DNA of 47,529 bases, taken from contig NW_021826247.1 of assembly GCF_006345805.1 (NCBI RefSeq), positions 1 through 47,529 on the forward strand, read 5' to 3'. Each line of letters begins with the position of its first letter. The first letter of the stretch is position 1. Below are positions 1 to 12,470 of this stretch, piece by piece. The notes under the pieces are model-generated. The model had not been told where the DNA came from. It saw nothing but the letters and a program-made list of their open reading frames with translations, and made no database searches. Position numbers and translations under genes: made by a program. Origin of the DNA: Octopus sinensis (lineage: Eukaryota).

Positions 1-80
1 CGAGCCTGTTATCGTTTAGCCCTCGGCATGTTAAGCTCCATTGTGAACTTTTTTAATGATAGACATGGAAAGAGTTATCA

Positions 81-404
81 CACAGTTCTAAGTTCAGTCG
101 CTTTGCGTGGCACCTTGCGTGGCACCTTTCGCGGCACCTTGCGCGGCACCTTTCGCGGCACCTTTCGCGGCACCTTTCGCGGCACCTTGCGCGGCACCTT
201 TCGCGGCACCTTGCGCGGCACCTTGCGCGGCACCTTTCGCGGCACCTTGCGCGGCACCTTGCGCGGCACCTTGCGCGGCACCTTGCGCAAGTGCCTCCTA
301 CTATAGCCACGGGCCGATTAAAATCCTTGTGAGTGGATTGGGTAGAAAGCAGCCGGTAGTATATATACATACACACACACGCGCTCGTGCACACACACTC
401 ACAC

Positions 405-446
<42 letters not shown>

Positions 447-650
447 GCATGTATCTATGTGTGTGTGTGTGTTTGTCTCACCGCTTGACAACCGGTTTTA
501 TTGCGTTGCCGTACCCGTAGACTAGCGGTTCGGCAACAGATACCGATAGAATAAGTACACGCTTCAAAAATAAGTTGTGGAGTCGATTGATCGTCTAAAA
601 CCCATCAAGGTGGTGCTCCAGCATGGCCACAGTCAAATGACTGAAACTAT
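81..650 (+). mobile_element. SINE family A (tRNA-like head + internal microsatellite + ~190 bp tail), diverged copy with an internal minisatellite expansion
   Basis: GTTCAGTC..TGCGTGGCACCTT..CAAGTGCCTCCTACTATAGCC..CTTGTGAGTGGATT matches the head of the full copy at 22343. The tail GCTTGACAACCG..AGCGGTTCGGCAA..GATAGAATAAGTAC..GGTGCTCCAGCATGGCCACAGTCAAATGACTGAAAC matches the other copies. Confidence 0.8.
105..288. repeat. 12-bp minisatellite (G/T)CG(C/T)GGCACCTT, 15 full units plus a partial unit
   Basis: Units counted directly from 105 to 284, followed by GCGC. Three variants: GCGT x2, TCGC x6, GCGC x7. Confidence 0.98.
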
Positions 651-679
651 AATGAATATATATATATATATATCTATAT

Positions 680-710
<31 letters not shown>

Positions 711-712
711 AT

Positions 713-808
<96 letters not shown>
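651..808. repeat. (TA)n microsatellite
   Basis: Direct reading. Confidence 0.95.
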
Positions 809-809
<1 letters not shown>

Positions 810-1103
810 GAGGCGCAATGGCCCATTGGTTAGGACAGCGGACTCGCAGTCGTAGGATCGCGGTTTTGATTCCCAGACCGGGAATTGTGAGTGTTTATTG
901 AGCGAAAACACCTAAAGCTCCAAGAAGCTCTGGTAGGGGGGGGGGCATCCCTGCTGTACTCTTTCGCCACAACTTTCTCTCACTCTTACTTCTGTTGGCC
1001 TGCTCGCTTAGCCAGCGAGGTGGCATCATTCGAAGGCTAAAACAATGTGAAGCGTATTGTGACCAGCGATGTGAAACAACATCTGGTAGCCTGGTCGGTC
1101 ACG
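809..1103 (+). mobile_element. tRNA-derived SINE family B
   Basis: Head GGAGGCGCAATGGCCCATTGGTTAGG (A-box-like) and GGTTTTGATTCCC (B-box-like). Homologous along its length to 9130-9428 and 44703-45000. Confidence 0.85.
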
Positions 1104-1164
1104 GTTTCCTTGATATATATATACATACACACACTCTCACACATACACATATATATATGTACGT

Positions 1165-1360
1165 GTGTGTCTTTGTGTCTGGTTATTCTCCACACTTCAC
1201 AAGCGGCGTTGGTGTGTTAACGTCCACGTAACATAGCGGTTCGGCCAAAGAGACCAATAGAATTAGTACCAGTCTTAAAAAAACAAGTCCTGGGAGTAAA
1301 CCCTTCAAGGCAGTGCCGCAGCATGGGCAAACACAAATGACCGAAACAGTAAAAGATAAG
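1165..1360 (+). mobile_element. SINE family A tail module, diverged
   Basis: TTGGTGTGTTAACGTCCACGTAACATAGCGGTTCGGCCAAAGAGACC..CAGCATGG..AAATGACCGAAACAGTAAAAGAT aligns to the family A tail. Confidence 0.7.
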
Positions 1361-1680
1361 ATAAAATAAATAAGTAGATTATCCTATGCTGATTGGTCTG
1401 TTATTCTTGATATTTAGCTTGTGTTGTTGCTCTTGTTATTGCTGTCGTCATTGTACAGCTTGACGCCTTCATTTGTTCATACCCTACGAAGATGCGAAGA
1501 AATGGCGGATATACTACATTAATATAAATGAGAATAGTTTTCATTATTATATATAATATAAATGTAAATTCAGCGCTAAAATGGCGGGGAAGTTTCAGCA
1601 TATGTATGTATGTATATTATGTGTGTGCATACATATATAAATATGTATTGTGTGTGTATATACATACACACACACAAATA

Positions 1681-1753
<73 letters not shown>

Positions 1754-1757
1754 GTAA

Positions 1758-2125
1758 CTCTTTTACTCTTTTACTTGTTTCAGTCATTGGACTGCGGCTA
1801 TGCTGGAGCACCGCCTTTATTCCAGCAAATCGACCTCAGGACTTATTCTTTGTAAGCCTAGTACTTATTCTATCGGGGTCTTTTGCCGAAGCGCTAAGTT
1901 ACGGGGACGTAAACAAACCAGCATCGGTTGTCAAGCGATTTTAGAGGGACAAACACAGACACACAAACACACATACACACTCATATATATATACATATAT
2001 ACGATGGGCTTCTTTCAGTTTCCGTCTACCAAATCCACTCACAAGGCTTTGGTCGGTCCGAGGCTATAGTTGAAGACACTTGCCCAAGGTGCAACGCAGT
2101 GGGACTGAACCCGGAACCATGTGGT
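1758..2125 (-). mobile_element. SINE family A, lacking the extreme 5' end
   Basis: Reverse complement of tail + microsatellite + head down to GGGACTGAACCCGGAACCATGTGGT. Confidence 0.85.
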
Positions 2126-2344
2126 GTTATAGGTGTTATACCAATGTCTTCTATGTATATGAGGAATAGCATTTACGACTTGAATCAAGATTAATGCTTT
2201 TCTTAACTTCTCACTGTTTTCGAATTGAGCAGCCATTTCACCCATACATATATATGTGTGTATGTGTGTGTGTGTGTGCATGCATGTGCATCTGTGTGTA
2301 GGTGTGGGCGTAGGTGTGTGTGTACGTGTCTGTGTGTGTCTGTG

Positions 2345-2535
2345 CATGCCTTTACCCCCGGAACCGCTTCACAACCGGGATTGGGGTGTTCAGGTCCTCC
2401 TAATATCGAGCTTTGAGAAATAGGCACCGGCCCTTAGAAAATAGAAGTATTCGGGTCGAGTCGTTTAAGGAGTATTCTTCATGTCGTTGCTCCAGCATGA
2501 CCGCTGTCTAATGGCTGAAACAAGTGAAATAGATA
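2345..2535 (+). mobile_element. SINE family A-like tail, strongly diverged
   Basis: GCTTCACAACCGG..GGGTCGA..GCTCCAGCATGACCGCTGTCTAATGGCTGAAACAAGTGAAA resembles the family A tail. Confidence 0.55.
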
Positions 2536-2623
2536 ATTATAAATATATTCATACACTCACACACATGGAAGCATTTACATCTACGTGTGTGCGTGTATAT
2601 ATAAATATTTATTAATATATATC

Positions 2624-2655
<32 letters not shown>

Positions 2656-2869
2656 AATGTATATGCATATATATATATATATCTAAGTAAATATATTTAT
2701 TCAAATATATATGCATATATGTATATATGAAGAACATACAAAGATATACGTATTTAAACATATACAGACATATACATACATATATATGTATGGGTGTGTG
2801 TACAATATCAATGTTGCCCCTGACGGTTTTGGCATGTAATCAAGCAACGATGAAAATGTAGATAAATGC

Positions 2870-2924
2870 ATTAATAGTAATAATGATAATAATTATTATT
2901 ATTATTATTATTATAACAATAATA

Positions 2925-2981
<57 letters not shown>

Positions 2982-3067
2982 TAATAATGCGGATAATGAT
3001 GATGATGACGATAATAATAACGAATACTAAAATTAATCATATGAATATATATTTCTGGCATCATCAG

Positions 3068-3109
<42 letters not shown>

Positions 3110-3330
3110 TAACATCATCATATATCATCATCATCATCATCACCATCATCATAATCATCATCGTCATCATCACCACCACCACCATAACCACCACCATCAT
3201 CATAATCACAATCATCATCACCATCATCTTCATCATAATCACAATCATCATCATCATCATTATCATCATTATTATCATCATCATCATCATTTCTATTATA
3301 ATATTATTAATTATAATAAAAATCAATCAG
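2870..3330. repeat. Compound (AAT)n/(ATC)n/(ACC)n trinucleotide tract
   Basis: Direct reading. Confidence 0.95.
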
Positions 3331-3534
3331 CACAGTCGCTATAAATATCGGTTCTATCACAATTTGATCAAACTCCCATCTTAGATTTTCATCTGTTTCC
3401 ACATCACATCAATAATACGATCAATTGATTTCTGTAGAAGTTCAAATGGAAACAACACAAGAAATATTTCCAAAAGAATAGAATATTTATACAATACATT
3501 GCGTTTTTCAATGTGCTTGGATTTTCTTTAGGTA

Positions 3535-3777
3535 CACGTGTGTGTGTGTGTGTGTGTATATATTTAATATACAATATATATATATATATGTGTGTGTGTT
3601 GTGTGTATATATGTGTGTGTGTGTTTGTGTGTGTGTATGTATATATTGTATGGATATATATGTAGGTATGATACATATAAATAGATATTGGTATATTATT
3701 GATATATATATATATGTATATATATTAAGATATATATACACGTATATATATGCATATATTATGTATTTGTATATATA

Positions 3778-3817
<40 letters not shown>

Positions 3818-3909
3818 GTATATATATATGCATATATTATGTATTTGTATATATGTATGTGTATATATAAATATTGTGTATACGCATCCGAATATATTTG
3901 CATACATAC

Positions 3910-3947
<38 letters not shown>

Positions 3948-4060
3948 ATATATACATACATACATACACACAAACACACCACACGCATGTATATATATAT
4001 GTATATGTCTGTATACATATTTGTGTGATTGCTGGCGCTTGTGTGTATACATATATATGT
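3535..4060. repeat. Compound (TG)n/(TA)n/(CA)n microsatellite block
   Basis: Direct reading. Confidence 0.95.
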
Positions 4061-4097
4061 TAAGAAGACATAAAAAGAACGTGTTTTTTCTACTCAC

Positions 4098-4297
4098 CAA
4101 AGTCAATGGCGATGTGGCTAGGAGGGACCTCCTCCCGTTGGAACACCTTCCCGTTTTGGGGTCAGCAGAGGTGGCCAAATCACTGACTCTCATCTCCTCA
4201 TAGCTTCCAGTTTAACCCGTTTCTAGTTCCATAACCAGCAAGAGGCTTTATCAACTGCTTCTCTCCTCCTTCACGCAGCCACCTTTCTCTTGCATGT
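4098..4297 (-). other. Candidate spliced exon (200 bp), non-coding or containing a start or stop codon
   Basis: Minus-strand acceptor TCTTTCATCATTTCCAG| and donor TTG|GTGAGT flank a GC-richer unique segment. All three frames contain a stop. Confidence 0.3.
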
Positions 4298-5250
4298 CTG
4301 GAAATGATGAAAGATTGGTCATTCCCCGAAAATTCTTATAAGAATTATGACTTCTGATAAACTTTTGACAAAGCTATACACGATTTCCCCTGTCAGATAC
4401 CTTCTACAAATTCTTTGTGTATATATACTTATAAACAACTATGATTCTTGATGAACTGATAAACTATTATGAATTTACCTTCTTGCCTATTTTGAACACT
4501 TTTATGTAAACTGTATATAAAAAAAGCCTACGTTAACATTTTCCTATCATTGTCAAAGATTCTATTTCTTAACATTTTCTTATATCATTGTCGAATACTC
4601 AGCCACCGTATTTTAATAGATCTATGTTAACAAATTTTTAACACCACAAAAGTTACACAAAGCCATGCGCTTTATATGTTGAAAATCATGTTTAAAAATA
4701 TGTGAAACCGGTCAAGTCAATAAACATCTTTAAAAGACCTCTTATATATTTTCCCTGGTGCAGTACCTTTCAATTTGATTTTGTTATAAATTGCTTTATC
4801 AGTGACTTCATCCGTTGATTTATAGGGACTAATTTACGGGGACAAAAGAGCACACGCTGGATGTCAAGGCATGTGGGGGATACATCTGCCGAGGGTAGCA
4901 AACACTGTTGCACGCGCGCGCGTATATATATTTATTTCGCTTGGTAATATATGTATACATTCCACAAAATTTCTTTAATCGAATAAGGAGCGCAAGTAAC
5001 GAATGGCGTTTTCCTTTCAGACGCGATTTTCCTCCTCCATTATATAAATGACTCCAAAATAAATGTGTAGTTCAGTTTTAACGCTCTGGCGAAGCTATGT
5101 GGTGATATACAATCCCTGAAGTATGAGTGCTATGCGACCGATAACAGAAACAGCTGTAAAGTAATGAAGTTCCTAATATAATTCCCTATTCCCCTGTCAT
5201 TTATATAATCTATTCATGCGCAATCTCTCATACTCATACGTTTGTGTATG

Positions 5251-6410
5251 TATCAGGGTGAGTAAGGAGGAGTAAGCAACGTTTTGAAATAGGAAATTCA
5301 TCACATTATATTTCAATAATGCGGAAATTTTATTCATCAAACTGAGCACCATTATAGTCAACAGATTTTTGCCAACAAGTTACATGTTTATTTATTCCGG
5401 TAACATAAATACCTGGAGTTCTCGAGCTGATGACTCCTTGAACGCACTTTCAGCATCGATTTGATTTTGTGTGCTCCCTCTCTCGAGGAAACCATCAAGG
5501 TGCTTGAAAAAGTGGCAGTCAGGAGAAAGACCTGGGTAATAAGACCAGGTCCCTTTAGCATTGTCATGAAGAATGATTGGCCCTCTTTTGTAAACCATCC
5601 TAGGACGGAGGATTAGCAGTTTTTTGTTCATTTTCGCAATTTCATGGCAATATGTTTCTGCAGTAATGGTTTTTTCCGGTTTTAAGAAGTTATAGTTGAT
5701 AAGTCCAGCAATAAACTACCAAACAGCAATATAACATTCTTTTTGAAGATCTTGGGTTAGGAAAGGTTTTCAGTGTTTCATTTTGGTCCAACCACTAAGA
5801 AGTTTGTTTTTTTATATTGTACAGAATCCACTTTTCCTCGCAAGTCGGTTGAGAAATGAATCGATCCGGTTACAGAGAAGAAGTTTCTGATTTTCATTCC
5901 AATCGTGTGGTACCCATTTGTCGAGCTTTTGTGGGTTCCGATCTAATGCAAATGGTTTCAAGTAGTTCTTTTGCCAATTTTTGAGTGGTTTACGTGGCCC
6001 TTTCTCAATGACGGTCTTTAATAGACTGTCATCGATGACAGATGGGCTTCCACCACATTCTCAATCTCCAATGCCCAGGTCTCCCCTGCGAAATCGTTTA
6101 AACCATTTTCGAGCTGACTACTCATTTGCCATTTCCTCACCAAATATTTCTTTGATATTACGAGCAGTTTCAGCTGCTTTACGTCCATTTTTTGCGGTTG
6201 AAAACCAAAATTGCTCAAATATCACTCTTTGGCAGTAACATTGCAGACTATTGTAATCACGGTGAAAAAATATCAATGTTAATTTATTGATGCATTTGGG
6301 TAAGTCTATGTTTGTATTATCAGACATTTGCAAAACATTGTTTAAAAAAAATCATAACTCTGCCAAAATCCGGTACAAATTCTTCATGGTTCAAACGTTG
6401 TTTACTTCAC
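5251..6410 (-). mobile_element. Mariner (DD34D-type) DNA transposon, decayed; transposase remnant at about 5392-6260
   Basis: Translations give GRKAAETARNIKEIFGEEMANE, TCEEKWILYN, IILHDNA and YPGLSPDCHFFKHL (mariner motifs), with stops, frameshifts and a deletion between HDNA and the SPD motif. TIR match: GTAAGCAACGTTTTGAA (5272-5288) versus TTCAAACGTTGTTTAC (6390-6405). Confidence 0.9.
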
Positions 6411-6441
6411 ATGCACACACACACACACACACACACACAAC

Positions 6442-6474
<33 letters not shown>

Positions 6475-6737
6475 TATACACACACACAAACACACATACA
6501 TACACACACACGCATGCAGAAACGCACACATATATTTATCATGTACTGTTCTGTGATGGTCAGATCAACAAAATAATACTCTATCTTGTGAGAGATAAAC
6601 ATTATGAAATAAATACAAGATGTTTTTTTATGTATAGTATTAGTTTAATGTGCTGAGAGCATGGCAAACAGTGATTTATAACAAGTCTGGTTTCCCAGCA
6701 CAATCATCAGACACTACCGACACAACATAACGAGCTA

Positions 6738-6739
<2 letters not shown>

Positions 6740-6769
<30 letters not shown>

Positions 6770-6898
6770 TAAAAATAACAGCAATAATAATAATAACAAT
6801 AATGATAATAACAACAATAATAATAATAACAACAACAACAACAACAATACTACTACTACTGCTACTTATACTACTACTACTACTACTACTGCTACTTA

Positions 6899-6930
<32 letters not shown>

Positions 6931-6939
6931 GAAATAATG

Positions 6940-6978
<39 letters not shown>

Positions 6979-7088
6979 GGCGGGTAGTCATGATGGTTAT
7001 ACTGGGCTTCGTATATTTTACTCCAGTGTCACTTTGATGGCATGAACAACAACATCAACAACAACAATAATAATAATAATAATATTAA

Positions 7089-7149
<61 letters not shown>
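6740..7149. repeat. Compound (AAT)n/(AAC)n/(ACT)n/(AGT)n tract
   Basis: Direct reading; interrupted by the family D fragment at 6980-7044. Confidence 0.9.
6980..7044 (+). mobile_element. Family D terminal fragment
   Basis: GGGTAGTCATGATGG..ATACTGG..TTTTACTCCAGTGTCACTTTGATGGCATG matches the right end of 7150-7700. Confidence 0.75.
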
Positions 7150-7150
<1 letters not shown>

Positions 7151-7700
7151 GCCCTGATACAGTACCAGGCAGTGGCTCTCATGGCTTCTAATCTTAACTG
7201 ATTGGAAGTGTTATTGTGTGTTTTGTCTTGGTATAAAAGATGGGCTACAGCAAATATTCTGCTCAATACCACAGATTTGCTCGTCAGTTGTTTGACCTTA
7301 ACCAGTTGATCATGTCCCTTAGTGGCTGAGGATATGCGCATCTCTGATCACGAGCAGAAATAGTGGGGGGAGCATCATAGCCATGTGTTGAGAAGGATTC
7401 TTTGGGGTTTGAATAATTCACCTCTGGAAACATGGGTGTTTCGTTCAACATCCTTAAACAACCCCTATTCAAGGAGCTTTTACGTGGGATGAGCTACTCG
7501 ACCAGAAGAAAATTCTAACTGGGCCTCATCTGCAAGATCATGTGCTGTTTATCTTGATATGAGATCACCATGTCTCGCACATATGGTTGTGATGCATGTG
7601 CCTAGTGTACCCTTATCAGACGGGTAGTCATGATGGGTATACTGGACCTCGTAAATTTTACTCCAATATCACTTTGATGGCATGCACTGCTCTCTCACTG
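7150..7700 (+). mobile_element. Interspersed family D (~550 bp, unclassified non-autonomous retroposon-like element), longest copy
   Basis: Homologous to 17691-18185, 19150-19298, 6980-7044 and 31745-31862. Flanked on both sides by (AAT)n. Orientation inferred from the shared right end and variable left truncation. Confidence 0.8.
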
Positions 7701-7704
7701 AATT

Positions 7705-7777
<73 letters not shown>

Positions 7778-7817
7778 TGATAATAATAATAATATTAATA
7801 ATAATAATAATAATAAC

Positions 7818-7852
<35 letters not shown>

Positions 7853-7855
7853 ATA
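7705..7855. repeat. (AAT)n tract
   Basis: Direct reading. Confidence 0.95.
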
Positions 7856-7920
7856 AATACCATTCGGGAGTTCATCCCTCGTGGTGACCATTCTACCATC
7901 TGAACGCCTTGATATGTAAT

Positions 7921-8118
7921 ATTTTAGAATAAGGCTAGCAATTTGGCAATCTTTAGTGGGTGGTCGATTGTCTTTTATGTCAACTGGTACTATTTTATCG
8001 AATACGCGTGGAGCTGAAAAGCAAAATCGATCTCAGTGGAATGTGAACTTAGAACGTAAATAAGCGAAAGAATGTGGCTCAGTATTTTGTTTGATATGCT
8101 GACGATTCTGCCAGCATT
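7921..8118 (-). mobile_element. SINE family E, old monomeric copy
   Basis: Reverse complement GCTGGCAGAATCGTCAGC..TACGTTCTAAGTTCACATTCC..GATAAAATAGTACCAGTTG aligns to the units at 24722 and 39241. Confidence 0.65.
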
Positions 8119-9073
8119 CCGGTTTCAATTAGATATTAGCAAAAATGAAAGGAAAAAAAGCAAAATAAACGCAGAAATCGCTAGAGTGAAACTGTTTGTC
8201 AAAGAAAAAATATACATATGTACACGAACGTTATGTTGGTGCGATGATATTTCAGGCACGGAGCGTTGAAGATCTAATTACTAATAATTATGCGGTAAGG
8301 GAAATGTTATGTTAATCAATGGCTAATATTATTTTAATTTTTTTAGGTAAACATGATAGAAACATACGGTTGTGTTTTGATCTTGTTTTATTTAATCATT
8401 GAAGCAGAAATTTCTTTCCGGAAGAAAAAAAAAATATCATTTTGTGATTGACTTATGTTTGTTTTTCGTTGGTCACCGTATAATTACTTTAAGTTATCTA
8501 TTTTAATGGCCGCTTTATTAAACATTTTGACACACATTTAATTATATTTGTTTTATGCTGATGTCCTCTTTGAAAAATTTGAATTTCTACGATTAAGCAC
8601 AAAACAAGAAAAAGAGTCATTAAATTGAACTGCTGTAATCATTACAGTTATTTACATATATTTGCAGCCAGTTTTTCTAACAGCGGATGCAAAACATAGC
8701 TGTCTCTTTAATTTCCTACCCTCTGAAATTTTCTTTGAAGAAACACATTGTCCGAAACGTTGGATATTCTACTTCCCACACAAAGTTCACTGTATGTTTC
8801 GATTTTAATTGTCGACGAAGGTCAACACTTGTCTCTTTGGAGTTTCTTTGGTTGCAGTTTAGTATCCCGCGTTATATATAAAATTTCTATTAAGCTTCAA
8901 GATTATTCTTTAAGGCACCGAATAAACAGTTTAGCATCCACCGCATATTATACGTAATAATAACACACACGCAAATAACCGATATATATATGTGTGTGGG
9001 GGTTGAGTGTGTGTGTGTGAATAATATGTATGCATATACGTATATATGTATATATTTATACATACATATATAT

Positions 9074-9112
<39 letters not shown>

Positions 9113-9129
9113 GTGTGTGGTGTGTGTGT

Positions 9130-9428
9130 GGAGTCGCAATGGCCCAGTGGTTAGGGCAGCGGACTCACGGTCGGAGGATCGCGGTTTAGATTCCCAGACC
9201 GAGCGTTGTGTGTGTTTATTGAGCGAAAGCATTTTAAAACTCCACGAGGCCCGGCAGGGGCTGGTGGCGATCCCTGCTGTACTCTTTCGCCACAACTTTC
9301 TCTCACTCTTTCTTCTGTTGGCCTGGTCGCTTAGCCAGCGGGGTGACGTCATTTGAAGGCTAAAACAATGCGAAGCGCATTATGACCAGCGATGTGTAGC
9401 AACATCTGATAGCCTGGTCGGTCACGTG
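9130..9428 (+). mobile_element. tRNA-derived SINE family B
   Basis: A box TGGCCCAGTGG; full-length homology to 809-1103; the end motif GTCACGTG is duplicated. Confidence 0.88.
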
Positions 9429-9477
9429 GTCACGTGATATGTGCATATATATATATATATGTATTCATAAAAATATA

Positions 9478-9680
9478 TGTAACTACGTGTGGATAGTTGG
9501 CGAGTTTTTCTTCCGTCTTCTATCTTTGGACTTTCCCATATTTCCTGTTTCTGAAGATGGCCATTTCTTGAAACGTAAAACACTATTCTTTCATTCCCTG
9601 AGCATCGTATTAACACTTTTCGCTTACCACGTCCTCGCGTTGTCGTTTTTCATGTTGTGTTTTTCCGTCTTTTGTATTAA
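9478..9680 (+). mobile_element. ~200-bp element between TA-rich microsatellites with a decayed hammerhead-like motif (putative Penelope-type terminal repeat derivative)
   Basis: Homologous to 37525-37736 (TGGCGA..TCCGTCTTC..GTTTCTGA.GA..GAAACGT..GAGC.TC..CCACGTCCTCG). CTGAAGA at 9551 and GAAA at 9570; stems II and III are damaged. Confidence 0.65.
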
Positions 9681-9695
9681 TGATACATACATACA

Positions 9696-9729
<34 letters not shown>

Positions 9730-9757
9730 CATATATATATACATATATATATATATA

Positions 9758-10268
9758 TCTTTATATATAAAACTGTAGTTGTGTGAGTGTCTGTCTCCTA
9801 CGATTTAGATTCCTAACTACTCCCACATTTTGCGGTGCAGTTTAACCAAATTCGGGTATCTTATAGTCGTGATTCATATCGAGCCCGTCTAAGTATTAGC
9901 GCGCGTCTACAATGAGTCTACGATTTTAAAAATAATTTAACATCATTTTTTATTCCATTTTAATGCATAATTTTTCGTGTGTCGATGGCGGCGGAGTTGG
10001 CGTCCACGCTCACAGCTGCACCTGTTTGCTTCTCCCCTTCTTCCCTCCCTCGTGAAGCTGTGGGGAAGGGAGTGTAAGGAAATCAACGTCGTAAAGCGTT
10101 GTCAAGGAGACCAGCGTTCTTTTAGAACAACGACTTCATGGCTTGAAGACACCGAAACAAAATGGCTAAGAAAGCCCGAATTGGCATCTATAAGGGAAGT
10201 AACTCTCTAAAAATGCTTATATAGTTATTTCCCTTACAAACCCGAGCAACGCTGGGCGATACTGCTAG
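9758..10268 (+). mobile_element. Non-autonomous Helitron (511 bp)
   Basis: 5' end A|TCTTTATATATAAAA. The 3' end has a GC-rich hairpin CCCGAGC-AAC-GCTGGG (10241-10256), then CTAG|T at 10265-10269. Inserted between A and T with no TSD: the canonical Helitron signature. Confidence 0.85.
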
Positions 10269-10299
<31 letters not shown>

Positions 10300-10677
10300 G
10301 AGGGCATTATTACACATAAATGCCACACGCTAGGAGGGACTTTCAAAGTCTTTAGTACCAAAAATAAACGAATCGTACCGAATACAGCTCTCGAAGCAAG
10401 ACATTTAGAAACAGAATTTAGTTCCAGATCATCTGTGATTTAGCAATTAACGTATTATCTACGTCTTTTGTTCATCAGTGAAACATATTCAGAACACATC
10501 AAAAATAAACAAAACCAACATACCTAGCGGAACCGAACAGACAACCGTCGCCTCCATCGTACCACATGGAAGTGTTTATTCATCATATATTCATGTAAAT
10601 GGCGGGCTTTTTCGAACTGCATTTCGGGGAGAAACGTGTTTCAGCGGAAAAAATTTTACAATTAAGGATAAATTGTT

Positions 10678-10709
<32 letters not shown>

Positions 10710-10960
10710 GCATCTGTGCATTTATCTATCCAAATATATATTTTATTTGTGGTTAACAAGCTTACTAATGGTTTCATGTTAAAGACATCTCTGAATGATT
10801 TTCAAGCCTGCCATACCGGAGCGATGGGATTCGTCCCTAAATTAGATAAAAATATTGGTAGCCTTGTCAACTTATAAAAAACGAATGTCTATCCACGAAT
10901 GCGGTGTGGCGCACTCACTTTCACTTCAATATTATCGCATTGATATATATATATATATAT

Positions 10961-11145
10961 AAAAAACAAAAGACGGAGATAGGTGGTGTGCAAAAAAACC
11001 AGATGTATTAGTATAACGCTCAGGAATAGAAAAAGTCATTTACGTTTCGAGCCTACGCTCTTCTACAGAAGGGGACACAGAAAAAAAACAAGGAGAGAAA
11101 CAATGAGAGAAAAAATGTGTGTAGTGGCTAACGATCTATCATGGC

Positions 11146-11148
<3 letters not shown>
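10961..11148 (-). mobile_element. ~190-bp element between (TA)n tracts with a hammerhead-like motif
   Basis: The minus strand reads CTGTAGA-A-GAGC-GTAG-GCTC-GAAA-CGT..AGCGT-T. It shares GAAACGTAAA..CCTGAGC and the terminal TCCGTCTTTTGT with 9478-9680. Confidence 0.65.
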
Positions 11149-11214
<66 letters not shown>

Positions 11215-11636
11215 TATATATGTCTATCGAAACCCGGGGAAAGTGTTTCATACACTCAATGGATAGAAACAGGACAGAGAGTGTATGAATAAAAAAGTAA
11301 TATGAATATAAATATGAAAGAACAGAATGATGTGATGGACAGCGATAGGAGAGGAAATAGGGAGATGGAATTGTTAGAATATATTTAACATGTGAAGAGC
11401 TAAACACAGACACAAACACAGACACAACATATAATATATATATATATATATTATATATATATATATTATATATACACATATGTCTATGTATATATCACAT
11501 GCAATGATGTCGACACAACAACAATTAATCACTGCAATAAATTAATCATTAAGAGAAAAGATTAATGAATAATTTGAAGTCATTTCCAAATTAACAACAC
11601 TTGTCACAAAAGTACACTTACATATACATAACTATT

Positions 11637-11925
<289 letters not shown>

Positions 11926-12470
11926 TCTATCTATCATTCTCACTCTATACACATTCTCCTATCGACGAGTTTGTACTATATGCGGTGCTTGAAAAACTGT
12001 TTATGCGGGGCCTTATAGAATGATCCTGGATCTAAACAGAAATCTTGTCCATAATATGGTGGGACATGCCAGTTTATTCAAACCTAATTACTTTTCAGAT
12101 TTAGTGTTTCAAAGCCAGTTGAATATTTTTCATTGCTACAGCCTAATCTTCCGTGTATCCACTCAAACGTAAGCATGTTTCCAAAAATTATATCATCACA
12201 ATATTAACGAAAAATTCAGTGACCCTGCCCAAGTGACATTGCTGTTAACTTTTCAATTTTTCTACTCACATTAACATACATAACGACCATGTACATACAG
12301 AGATACCTAGATACATACACTCATCCCTCCATTCACCTATCCATCAATCCATCCATCCATCCCGACCTACCTACCAACCTACCTACCTACCTACCTACCT
12401 ACCTACCTACCTACCTACCTATATACCTACCTGCCTACCTGCCTGCCTACCTAAATAACTAACTAACTAA

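Noticed and set aside
28-306. ORF with RGTL/RGTF repeats (and its KVPR, APCA and CRAR frames) as a repeat protein
   Set aside because: It is the translation of a 12-bp minisatellite inside a SINE; a stop-free unit of length divisible by 3 is open in many frames.
809-885. tRNA-like heads of SINE families as tRNA genes
   Set aside because: They have A/B-box-like motifs but no complete cloverleaf, and they continue into repeated SINE bodies.
5116-5160. Further hammerhead-like traces: CTGAAGT..GAAACAGCTGTA here, TTGAAGA..CCGAAACGTT at 8734-8761, GAAACAGCTGTA on minus at 38306-38295, and CTGACGA..GAAACGTTG at 42158-42191
   Set aside because: Each lacks at least two required elements (core, stem II closure or stem I). 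They may be older fossils but cannot be supported by eye.
5021-5257. Plus-strand exon (TTTTCCTTTCAG| ... AGG|GTGAGT)
   Set aside because: The donor lies in the mariner terminal repeat and there is no convincing reading frame.
10290-10333. GGCATT..AATGCC hairpin followed by CTAG as a second Helitron 3' end (similar hairpin near 27030)
   Set aside because: The hairpin is AT-rich, CTAG is followed by G rather than T, and no matching 5' TC end was found.
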